From a candidate division FCPU426 bacterium (GTDB taxonomy: Bacteria; Oederibacteriota; Muellerivitia; Muellerivitales; Muellerivitaceae): a stretch of 64,000 nt of DNA. The notes under the pieces are model-generated. The model saw only the letters and a list, made by a program, of their open reading frames with translations. It was not told where the DNA came from and made no database searches. The position numbers and the translations under genes were made by a program. This document shows, piece after piece, positions 29,613-37,805 of the stretch (position 1 is the stretch's first letter; the number at the start of each line of letters is the position of its first letter). The DNA is taken from contig CAVTWJ010000020.1 in NCBI GenBank assembly GCA_963738405.1, positions 64,453 to 128,452 of the forward strand, in the 5' to 3' direction.

Positions 29613-31244
29613 ATGTTCAACAGGCTTAACATCTTTCAGCGTTTTGGGCTTTGCATGCTCAGCGCTTTCCTGGTTTGGTTATCTTTTCCCAATTGTTTCG
29701 AAAAAAGTCTTACCCCCTGGGGGGCGCCTTTAGCCTGGGTTGCCCTGATTCCTTTTTTTTTGGCCCTGGAGGGAACGACCCCTCGCCAGGCGGCTTTTTT
29801 AGGTTATCTTTTCGGTTTTGCCCAATTGGGTTCCATCCTTTATTGGATAGCGGTATTGGAGGAAGCCAAGTACCTGGGACCGCTCGGTTGGGCGGCGCTC
29901 GTGGGATATTTAAGTGTTTATTACGCCCTCTTCGCCTGGATTTTACGAAGGGCCACGGCAATGGGATTCTCCTCCCTTTGGATCACTCCCATCCTTTGGT
30001 TGGGTTGCGAATATTTACGAGGCTCTCAACCTTGGGGAGGGTTCAATTGGGGCGAGATCGGCTATAGCCAGCTCCCATATCCTAATTTGATTTTTTGGGC
30101 GGGCTTGGCGGGAGAATATGGAATCACCTTTTTCATCCTTCTCGTCAACGCCTATTGGGTGAACGTCCTTTTGAAGAGGTTCAAGGGGTTTTCCATGCCG
30201 GCGGGTGAATGGGCAAGACTTTTTTTCCCGGTGATTTGTATTTTCACCTTCGCTTCTATAGCGAATTTCATAATTTCCTCCACTCCTCTTCATTCTGTGG
30301 GAAGGGTCGCCCTATTACAGCCCTCGGTGAATCAGGAAGAAAAATGGACCAAGGCCTTTGAAAACGAGACTTACGACCGGTATGAAAACCTCATCCGAAC
30401 CTGCGCGAAATCCAATCCGGACCTCATTTTATGGCCCGAAACGGGAGCTCCGGATCTTCTAAAACTCAATCCCGCTCTCTTATCCCGCGTCTCCCGTATG
30501 GTGGTCGAAGGAGGCGCGCCAGAGTTGGTCGGCTGCTTGGACGTCAGTAAAGAGGCCCAAGGCGGGTTGGATTATTTTAACGCCGCGATGGAATTTGATG
30601 AAAAGGGGCGGTCGGGAATGTTGTATCACAAGCGCCACTTGGTTCCCTTTGGGGAATTTATGCCTTTTCAAAAGTATCTTTCGTTCCTTGGGCCTATCGT
30701 TTCCGATTTGGGGAATTTCACTCCAGGGGACCGATTTGAAAAGCTTTCCGCCCGCTCCTTTACCTACTCCCCCACCATTTGTTACGAGGCGATTTTTCCA
30801 GGAGATATGCGAAGAGCCTCTCAAACTGGGGCAGACGCTCTGGTTAATATCAGCAATGACGCCTGGTACGGCCACACCGCTGCGGCTTTCCAGCACGCGC
30901 AAATGGGAATCATGCGCTCCGCTGAGCTGCGCAGGCCCCTTTTGCGGGCCGCCAATACCGGAATTTCCTATATCACTGACCCCTTTGGAAGGTTGCTCAT
31001 CTCCACCTCCTTTTTTACCCAACAAACCGTGATCGGGGATGTTTTGGTTGTTTCTCATCCCATGACCTTTTATGCCGCCTGGGGAAATTGGCTTCCCGAA
31101 CTATGCCTTTGGATGACAGGGATATTGCTGCTATTGGGGATTCTTCGTAAACCCCCAATGATAAAAGATATTGTGGAGTCCCCGGTTTCCATGCCGTCGG
31201 TGGAACCACTCGCATCGGATCCGCCCAAGACGGTATTGGAATGA
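29613..31244 (+). CDS. lnt: Apolipoprotein N-acyltransferase
   Basis: WPE, KRHLVPFGEFMP, ICYE, NISNDAWYG, RAANTGIS. Confidence 0.95.
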   Translation: MFNRLNIFQRFGLCMLSAFLVWLSFPNCFEKSLTPWGAPLAWVALIPFFLALEGTTPRQAAFLGYLFGFAQLGSILYWIAVLEEAKYLGPLGWAALVGYLSVYYALFAWILRRATAMGFSSLWITPILWLGCEYLRGSQPWGGFNWGEIGYSQLPYPNLIFWAGLAGEYGITFFILLVNAYWVNVLLKRFKGFSMPAGEWARLFFPVICIFTFASIANFIISSTPLHSVGRVALLQPSVNQEEKWTKAFENETYDRYENLIRTCAKSNPDLILWPETGAPDLLKLNPALLSRVSRMVVEGGAPELVGCLDVSKEAQGGLDYFNAAMEFDEKGRSGMLYHKRHLVPFGEFMPFQKYLSFLGPIVSDLGNFTPGDRFEKLSARSFTYSPTICYEAIFPGDMRRASQTGADALVNISNDAWYGHTAAAFQHAQMGIMRSAELRRPLLRAANTGISYITDPFGRLLISTSFFTQQTVIGDVLVVSHPMTFYAAWGNWLPELCLWMTGILLLLGILRKPPMIKDIVESPVSMPSVEPLASDPPKTVLE

Positions 31245-31618
31245 AGTCTAAACCGGAACAGGGTTATGTCCCCATCGCCAAGGCAAAGGATTTTCGTAAT
31301 GGAAAAACATTCAAATTTAAGCTCAAGCGGCCCGACCGGGTGACGGAGGCTTTCGCCTTCAAGAGGGGAGAGTCCTATTTCGCCTATTTAAACCTTTGCC
31401 GCCATTGGAGTGTCGGCCTAGATTACGACGACAACGATTTTTTCTCGGAGGATGGGAAGTTCCTGGTCTGTAAAAACCATGGGGCGGTCTACGATCCCTT
31501 GACGGGCGCCTGCGGTGGCGGCCCCTGCGGGGGGGCGGCGCTTTATAAAGTTCCAGTGGTGGAATTAGACGGAATGATCTATGCCGATAGCGTCAATGTG
31601 TCCTGGGGTGAGATGTAA
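31241..31618 (+). CDS. Rieske [2Fe-2S] ferredoxin-like protein
   Basis: CxH (CRH) ... CxxH (CKNH), GAVYDP.TG.C..GPC. ATGA overlap with lnt. Confidence 0.88.
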   Translation: MKSKPEQGYVPIAKAKDFRNGKTFKFKLKRPDRVTEAFAFKRGESYFAYLNLCRHWSVGLDYDDNDFFSEDGKFLVCKNHGAVYDPLTGACGGGPCGGAALYKVPVVELDGMIYADSVNVSWGEM

Positions 31619-31646
31619 CGGCTTTTCCGGCGTCTGGGAATACCGG

Positions 31647-32702
31647 TCAGATGGGGTGAAGGCCCCGGCGGGTCAGCCCGGCATTTTCTGGCAATCCGAA
31701 CATCAGGTTCATGTTTTGAACGCCCACATGGGCTCCGCCCTTGCCGATCGAGTCCAAAACACTGAAAATCACAATCCGGCCCCGGACCTCATCCACGTCC
31801 AACCCGATATAGGAATAATTGGTGCCCGAAACGCTGTTCACCCAGGGGTAGGGCTTGTACTGCCAAGATACCCCTTCTTCTTTGGGCATATCGTAGACCT
31901 TCACAAACTCCTCTTTTTTATAAAAATCTTTGTAGAGATCCATCAATTGTTTGCGATTCACCTTTTTTATGGGAAAGGCGTGAATGATGTCCAGGATTCC
32001 CCGGATGATGGGAACATAAATGGGAGTGAAATGAACCTTCACTTTCTTTTTCGTCAGAAGACCCAATTCTTGTTCAGCTTCAAAAGTATGGCGGTGTCCA
32101 ACGACGTTGTAGGGAATGAGGTTGTTGCCGATTTCCGCATGGTGGGCAGGGCGGGAAAGGTCCGCCCCGATACCCGCGGTGCCCGAAAGGCCATCTATGG
32201 TGATTTTGGTTGTGTCGATGAGCCCCGCCTTAACGAGTGGCGCAGCGCCTAAAATGGCCGCAGAGGCGAAACATCCCGGGTTGGCGATGAGGCTGGCCTT
32301 TTTGATTTCTTCCCGGTGCAGTTCGGGAATGCCGTAAACGGCTTCCTGGGCGAGTTTCCAGCTTTTGTGCTTCTTCTTATAGACTTTTTCCCAAAGGGTC
32401 CGGTCATTCAACCTAAAGTCCGCGCCCAAATCGATCACCTTGGCGCCCTCTTTCAAGAATTTGGGGGCCAATTCCATGGGAACGCCCGTGGGCAGTGCCA
32501 TGAAAACCACGTCGCAGGGAGTGGTTTTGTCGGGACGTATGAACTCAATTTTTTCGCCGTAGAGGTTCGGGTGGTAATCGGCAATATTGGCTTCGCTTCG
32601 ACTGGTGGCCCAGGCGATCTCCGCATAAGGGTGGTCCATCAAAACGCGGAGGGCTTCGCCGCCCATGTAACCGCTGGCTCCGTAGATTCCGACTTTAAGC
32701 AT
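31647..32702 (-). CDS. argC: N-acetyl-gamma-glutamyl-phosphate reductase
   Basis: GASGYMG, VIDLGADFR, IANPGC, HRHTFE, KGGAHVGVQNMN. Confidence 0.94.
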   Translation of the reverse strand: MLKVGIYGASGYMGGEALRVLMDHPYAEIAWATSRSEANIADYHPNLYGEKIEFIRPDKTTPCDVVFMALPTGVPMELAPKFLKEGAKVIDLGADFRLNDRTLWEKVYKKKHKSWKLAQEAVYGIPELHREEIKKASLIANPGCFASAAILGAAPLVKAGLIDTTKITIDGLSGTAGIGADLSRPAHHAEIGNNLIPYNVVGHRHTFEAEQELGLLTKKKVKVHFTPIYVPIIRGILDIIHAFPIKKVNRKQLMDLYKDFYKKEEFVKVYDMPKEEGVSWQYKPYPWVNSVSGTNYSYIGLDVDEVRGRIVIFSVLDSIGKGGAHVGVQNMNLMFGLPENAGLTRRGLHPI

Positions 32703-32760
32703 GGCGCCTCCAGTGGGGCCGGTGATGCGGGATTCGGCGGGTCCCAGAAGGGAATGATGA

Positions 32761-32836
32761 TGGTGACCCCAACGGGATTCGAACCCGTGTTGCCTGGATG
32801 AAAACCAGGTGTCCTAGGCCTCTAGACGATGGGGTC
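32761..32836 (-). tRNA. tRNA-Glu(TTC)
   Basis: Reverse complement is GACCCCATCGTCTAGAGGCCTAGGACACCTGGTTTTCATCCAGGCAACACGGGTTCGAATCCCGTTGGGGTCACCA: cloverleaf, TTC anticodon, encoded CCA. Confidence 0.97.
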
Positions 32837-32867
32837 GAAGGCCGAAAACCGCTAGAAAAGAGGGGTA

Positions 32868-32896
32868 ATTCTACGGGGCGAGGGTGGGGAAGTCAA
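32868..32896 (-). promoter_or_regulatory. sigma70 promoter for tRNA-Glu (and probably argC)
   Basis: On the minus strand: TTGACT-17bp-TAGAAT. Confidence 0.75.
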
Positions 32897-33044
32897 GGAA
32901 AGCAGGACAGGCCAGGATCAAGGTTTTCTACATGCCGGTGTGGAACGGACGATGACCTGTCGTTATGATGTGCCGGTTGCGGGTGAAACACGAAAAAATA
33001 TTTCGACAGCTCAAAATAAAATTTACCGTTCGAGGGAGGGGAAA

Positions 33045-33596
33045 ATGTTTCGGACCCTTTTGTCCGTTCTAATTTGCGCAACCTTGATGACGGGATGCGG
33101 AGGGGATGATATGGCCAAAAAGAAGAAAGATGCCTCGCCGGCTGCCGTCACGGGCGGGACGAATCCGAGAGTTCACTTTGAAACCACCCAGGGACCCTTT
33201 ACGGTGGAATTGTTTTCGGATGTTCCCACCACCACCCAGAATTTTGTGGATTTGGTTTCGCGGAAATTTTATGACGGCCTCACCTTCCACCGTTATGTTC
33301 CGGGTTTTGTCATCCAGGGCGGAGACCCCACGGGAACCGGCGGAGGAGGCTCAGGCAAGAATATCCCGCTCGAAATCACCGCCCATAAGCATGTTTTGGG
33401 CGCACTGGGTATGGCCAGGTCACAGGACCCCAATTCGGCTTCCTGCCAGTTTTATGTCTGCCTGGATGCCCAGCCCTCCCTAGACGGCGGCTATTGCGTC
33501 TTTGGGCAGGTCATGGAGGGGATGGAGAATGTGATGAAACTGAGACAGGGCGATAAAATGACCCAGGTAACCCTGGTTCCGGCGGCCGCCCCTTAA
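33045..33596 (+). CDS. Cyclophilin-type peptidyl-prolyl isomerase, predicted lipoprotein
   Basis: FYDGLTFHRYVPGFVIQGGDP and GMARSQDPNSASCQFY; lipobox-like LMTGC; SD GGAGG before ATG 33045. Confidence 0.92.
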   Translation: MFRTLLSVLICATLMTGCGGDDMAKKKKDASPAAVTGGTNPRVHFETTQGPFTVELFSDVPTTTQNFVDLVSRKFYDGLTFHRYVPGFVIQGGDPTGTGGGGSGKNIPLEITAHKHVLGALGMARSQDPNSASCQFYVCLDAQPSLDGGYCVFGQVMEGMENVMKLRQGDKMTQVTLVPAAAP

Positions 33597-33662
33597 CACT
33601 ATCTAGGCTTCCAGGGGCTTGTGTATAATCTTTAAACCCTAGTTAAACGAGGCGGAGATTTT

Positions 33663-34700
33663 ATGGCGATCACGATCAAGGACGTGGCCCTCAAGGCAGG
33701 TGTTTCTGTCGCAACCGTATCCCGGGTTGTGAATCAAAAGGATATCCACAAGGTCGGCGTCAAGACCCAGCAGAGGATTGAAAAAATCCTCAAAGAAATG
33801 GGCTATTACCCCAATACCATGGCCCGGGGCCTCAAGACCCGCCGAACCTATAATATCGGGGTGGTCTTTTTCTGGTACGAAAGACCTAGCCTCAGCGATT
33901 TTTACCTGACCAAGGTCTTGGACGGGATCATCAGCTTCATCAGCGAAAAGAAATACAACATTTTGATGAACACCTTCAGCCGCAATATCCAAAACGAGGG
34001 TGTCTATACCAATTTCGTTAATTCAGGCCTGGTGGACGGTGTCCTGGCCATCGCCCCTCCGGTCGAATCCAGATTCTACCAAGATTTAAAAGAGGGATCC
34101 CTCCCCTACGTGTTGATCAATTACCAGGTCAATGACCCCAAGGTTTGCTTCGTGGACTGCCTCAACACCCAGGGCATCCTTGATTTGGTTGATCATTTGG
34201 TGGCCCTGGATCATAAACGCATCGCTTTCATCGCAGGTGACATCCAGTACTCTAAAAACTCACTCGACCGTTATAACGCCTTCATCTTCGCCTTGAAGAA
34301 AAAAGGAATCACCCATCATCCGGAGAATGTTTATTACGGCAATTGGACAGAGGCCTCGGGCGCCAAGGCGGTGGAAGCCTTTTGGAAAACTAAAAATCCG
34401 CCCACAGCCTTGATCGCCTCCAATGACACCATGGCCTGGGGGGCGATCAAAGAATTGCGCAAACAAGGTTTGCGGGTTCCCCAGGATGTGGCGGTTTGCG
34501 GTTTTGACGATTTGGCGACGGAGTCGGGGTTAACGACCGTCCACCAGCCTGCCTATGACATGGGGTATGAGGCGGCGAGGATGCTGTGGAATCAGATCGA
34601 AAAAAGGCCCTTGGAATATACCCATCGGTTTTTTCCCACCAAGCTGGTGGTTCGTGAAAGTTGCGGCTACTACCTGAAAAACCTGCACGAAAAAAAATAA
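33663..34700 (+). CDS. LacI-family transcriptional regulator
   Basis: TIKDVALKAGVSVATVSRVVN, VPQDVAVCGFDD, LVVRESC. Confidence 0.95.
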   Translation: MAITIKDVALKAGVSVATVSRVVNQKDIHKVGVKTQQRIEKILKEMGYYPNTMARGLKTRRTYNIGVVFFWYERPSLSDFYLTKVLDGIISFISEKKYNILMNTFSRNIQNEGVYTNFVNSGLVDGVLAIAPPVESRFYQDLKEGSLPYVLINYQVNDPKVCFVDCLNTQGILDLVDHLVALDHKRIAFIAGDIQYSKNSLDRYNAFIFALKKKGITHHPENVYYGNWTEASGAKAVEAFWKTKNPPTALIASNDTMAWGAIKELRKQGLRVPQDVAVCGFDDLATESGLTTVHQPAYDMGYEAARMLWNQIEKRPLEYTHRFFPTKLVVRESCGYYLKNLHEKK

Positions 34701-34755
34701 CATCCGCTTGGCATATTCTTTGAATCATATCCGAAGAAAGGTGTGTAAAGGTCCC

Positions 34756-37647
34756 ATGAAACTATTGGAAAAATTGAAATTATCTTTGGCGGCGGCTTTA
34801 TTTATTTCAGCGGGCGTTTCCTGGGCCGGACCCACGGTGGTGATCAACGATATCGCCGCGCCCCCTTCTTTGGACGGCGATTTTACGGCCTGGAACATCC
34901 AGCCGGCGGTTGTATTGAACCAAAAAGAACAGGTGGTCGCCGGCCAAACCGAGTGGACCGGGCCCGATTACGCCAGCGCCAATATCTACATCACCTATGA
35001 CCAGAACAATCTCTATATTGGCGCCGACATCACCAGCAAAACGCCCATGTACAACAGCCAGGAAGCCAGCAATATTTACAATGGCGACGCCTTAGAATTT
35101 TATGTCGGAACCGACCTGACAGATCCCAAGAGGACCTCCTATTCCCCTACCGACGAGCAGATTTTCATTTCTCCGGGTAAAAACGGCGATAACCCCGTCG
35201 CCTACAGCATGACGGACAAGGCCCCCATCCCAGATTCAAAGGTCACGACCAAGCTCACTAAAACGGGCTACACCCTCATGGCCCAGATCCCTTTGAAGTT
35301 TTTCTACAAGATCAACGTGGGCCCCGGGAAGTCGGTGGGCTTTGACGTAGGGTTGGACGACGTGGGGGCGGCATCCAAAGTGCGGGCTCTCCAGCTCACC
35401 TGGTCCCAACAAGATAAAAGCTGGCAGGATCCTTCCCAATGGGGAACTCTGACCTTCAAGGGCAATACGGTTTATGTGAATACAGCTCCCAAGGTGGCCA
35501 TGCCGGGCGCAGTGGTAACCGAAATGGACCCCAAGGCGGGCGCCAAGGGTGCCTCCACTGAGGGAACGCTCATTTGGGGATTTAACGGTGATTTGGGCGG
35601 GTTTACCGGGGCGGTGACCCAGGATACGGACATCTTCACCGAGGGAACCGGAGCCTTGGACGTAGGGACGGACGGCTCCGCAGGTTGGAATCAAAATCTG
35701 GCGGTTTGTACCACCGTGCCCATAGCCGATAAGTGGGAAACCTTCAAGGCCATCACGGTCGACGCTTACTTTCCCGCAAAAAGCTTGGCCAAGGCCGGCT
35801 ATGGGGAGCTTTACCTAGTCACCCAAAGCCCCGCCAATTCCTGGTACGAAATCAAGATGATCGCCCGCGAGGGATGGAATCATTTCAAGACCGAAGTGGA
35901 CGGCACCCAGTTCAAGGGAGGCATTACCAAGGTTTACATGGTGATCAATTCGGGCGGCCCCATCCAGGGAACGGTCGTGGTGGACAATATCCGGGGATTG
36001 GTCAAGGGCGCCACTTCTGTCCTGAAGGGCACCGTGACCGACTCGGTTTCCAAACCCATCGCGGGGGCCATCGTGGCCATCGCGAAAAAGCTGGCGAAGA
36101 CGGGCGCCGATGGAACCTATTCCATCGAGGTTCCCTCGGACGATTACACGGCCGAGGTCTTTTGCCCCGGTTATGTTCAATTCAAGCAAAACGTCACAGT
36201 GAAATCGGGCCAAGACAACCAGCTGAACGCCAGCCTGAAGTCGATGAACTCCACCCCCAAGAGCGCCGTCATCGATGTTTTCATGCAACCCAAAGACAAG
36301 GTTCGAACGATCAATCCTCATTATTTGTACGGCAACAACATCGCGGCTTGGTACGACCCCAAGTGGCTGGCCGATCCCGTAGCCTTGAAAGAGGCATCCT
36401 CCATCAGCAACTACATCCGTGTTCCCGGTGGTGCTTATGGCAACGTCTGGAACTGGAAAACGGGGGCGGTTTTCCGAAAAGACGGAGTAAATATCCAATG
36501 GACTCCCGATATGAAGTGGGCGGACATGGTGGCCTACTTGAAGGCCACGAATTCGGAACCCCTCCTGATCGCCAACATCATGACACTCGATGTTCAGAAC
36601 TGCCTGGACTGGATCGCCAACGCCAAGGCTCAGGGCCTGACGGTGCGTTATGTGGAACTGGGCAACGAGCCCGATTATGAACCCGAATTGGCCAAAAACG
36701 GGGAAACGCAGTATTGGACCGTGATCGACAACTATTGCAAGGCTTACCTCGAGTTCGCCAAGGCCATCAAGGCCAAGTATCCCGACATCAAGCTGATGGG
36801 GCCCTGTCCCGCCCAGGTCGAGAATCACGAGCGCAAGGAAGGCTCGCCCTGGCTGGCCGACCAAGCGGCTCCCTGGTGGGTGGAAAAGTTTTTGGAGGAA
36901 TGCGGCCCCTACGTGGATGTCGTCTCGGTGCATAGCTATCCCTATTGGAGCAATGACAGCGACGTCAATCTAATGTCTAAGACCGGGCATTGGGCCGAAT
37001 TCATCCCCAAGATCCGGGAAGCCATCAAGAAAAACATTCCGGACCGGGCCGATAAAATTGAAATCGCGGTCAGCGAGTGGAATTCGGGCGATGAAAACTC
37101 AACAACCGCTCGCCTCGTCAACGGGGTTTTCTGCGCCGATTACCTAGCCCAGATGGCCCTCTACGGGGTGAGTCAGTCCAACATCTGGGACATGATGACC
37201 CAAAAACCGGGCCAAGGCGGGGGTCACGGCGTGATTGATCCCAACGGGGACCCGGATCATCCCTTTGCCCTGCGTTCCACCTATTGGACCCTGGACCTGA
37301 TGGAACATCATTTTGGAACCGAGATCTACCAGGCCGTGACCGACCAGGATGATCTTTCCGCCTACGCCAGCAAGGGCGAGGGCAAAAAGTATTTGATGGT
37401 CGTCAATAAAAACTCCAAGACGGCCTATTCCGCGAAAATTAATTTAGGCGCCGGGCAGAAGGGCAAATCCAAACTTGATTTTTATAGAATTAGCCCCAAT
37501 GAGTTCCAGTGGAGCGAAACCCTTTACCGCGCGGTGATCAATTCGGGCCCCTCCCATCTAACGGGTTCCACGCCCGTGGGAAACCGCTTTTCCGCCACCT
37601 TTCCTCCCTATTCGGTAACCTGTATCGAAATAACCCCGGCCCATTGA
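34756..37647 (+). CDS. Secreted multimodular glycoside hydrolase: CBM9-like + CBM-like + CarboxypepD_reg-like + clan GH-A (GH44/51/79-like) domain
   Basis: Signal peptide and CBM9-like 'LDGDFTAW...YDQNNLYI..D...GDALEFY'. IRVPGG, acid/base ELGNEP, VSVHSYP and nucleophile IAVSEWN are present; C-terminal 'FPPYSVT'. Confidence 0.8.
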   Translation: MKLLEKLKLSLAAALFISAGVSWAGPTVVINDIAAPPSLDGDFTAWNIQPAVVLNQKEQVVAGQTEWTGPDYASANIYITYDQNNLYIGADITSKTPMYNSQEASNIYNGDALEFYVGTDLTDPKRTSYSPTDEQIFISPGKNGDNPVAYSMTDKAPIPDSKVTTKLTKTGYTLMAQIPLKFFYKINVGPGKSVGFDVGLDDVGAASKVRALQLTWSQQDKSWQDPSQWGTLTFKGNTVYVNTAPKVAMPGAVVTEMDPKAGAKGASTEGTLIWGFNGDLGGFTGAVTQDTDIFTEGTGALDVGTDGSAGWNQNLAVCTTVPIADKWETFKAITVDAYFPAKSLAKAGYGELYLVTQSPANSWYEIKMIAREGWNHFKTEVDGTQFKGGITKVYMVINSGGPIQGTVVVDNIRGLVKGATSVLKGTVTDSVSKPIAGAIVAIAKKLAKTGADGTYSIEVPSDDYTAEVFCPGYVQFKQNVTVKSGQDNQLNASLKSMNSTPKSAVIDVFMQPKDKVRTINPHYLYGNNIAAWYDPKWLADPVALKEASSISNYIRVPGGAYGNVWNWKTGAVFRKDGVNIQWTPDMKWADMVAYLKATNSEPLLIANIMTLDVQNCLDWIANAKAQGLTVRYVELGNEPDYEPELAKNGETQYWTVIDNYCKAYLEFAKAIKAKYPDIKLMGPCPAQVENHERKEGSPWLADQAAPWWVEKFLEECGPYVDVVSVHSYPYWSNDSDVNLMSKTGHWAEFIPKIREAIKKNIPDRADKIEIAVSEWNSGDENSTTARLVNGVFCADYLAQMALYGVSQSNIWDMMTQKPGQGGGHGVIDPNGDPDHPFALRSTYWTLDLMEHHFGTEIYQAVTDQDDLSAYASKGEGKKYLMVVNKNSKTAYSAKINLGAGQKGKSKLDFYRISPNEFQWSETLYRAVINSGPSHLTGSTPVGNRFSATFPPYSVTCIEITPAH

Positions 37648-37805
37648 GGGCCGGAGGTCTTTGGGGAATGGGGCCGAAAGAAGCTTGGAAACCCTTTCTT
37701 AAGCGCCGCTTCCGCCCTTTCTTTCCCTAGGACGAATTCCTTGGCCCGGCATAAAACCCTGTGTTAAATTGATTTTTCCAGTGCCTGTCCAAGGAGCCAT
37801 CCGAA

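Noticed and set aside
32700..32840. tRNA-Glu as an island integration site
   Set aside because: No integrase or duplicated tRNA 3' end was seen; the flanks are housekeeping genes.
33045..33596. Cyclophilin lipoprotein as the SprA-bound PPI partner
   Set aside because: It is unlinked (16 kb away) and nothing in the sequence ties it to SprA.
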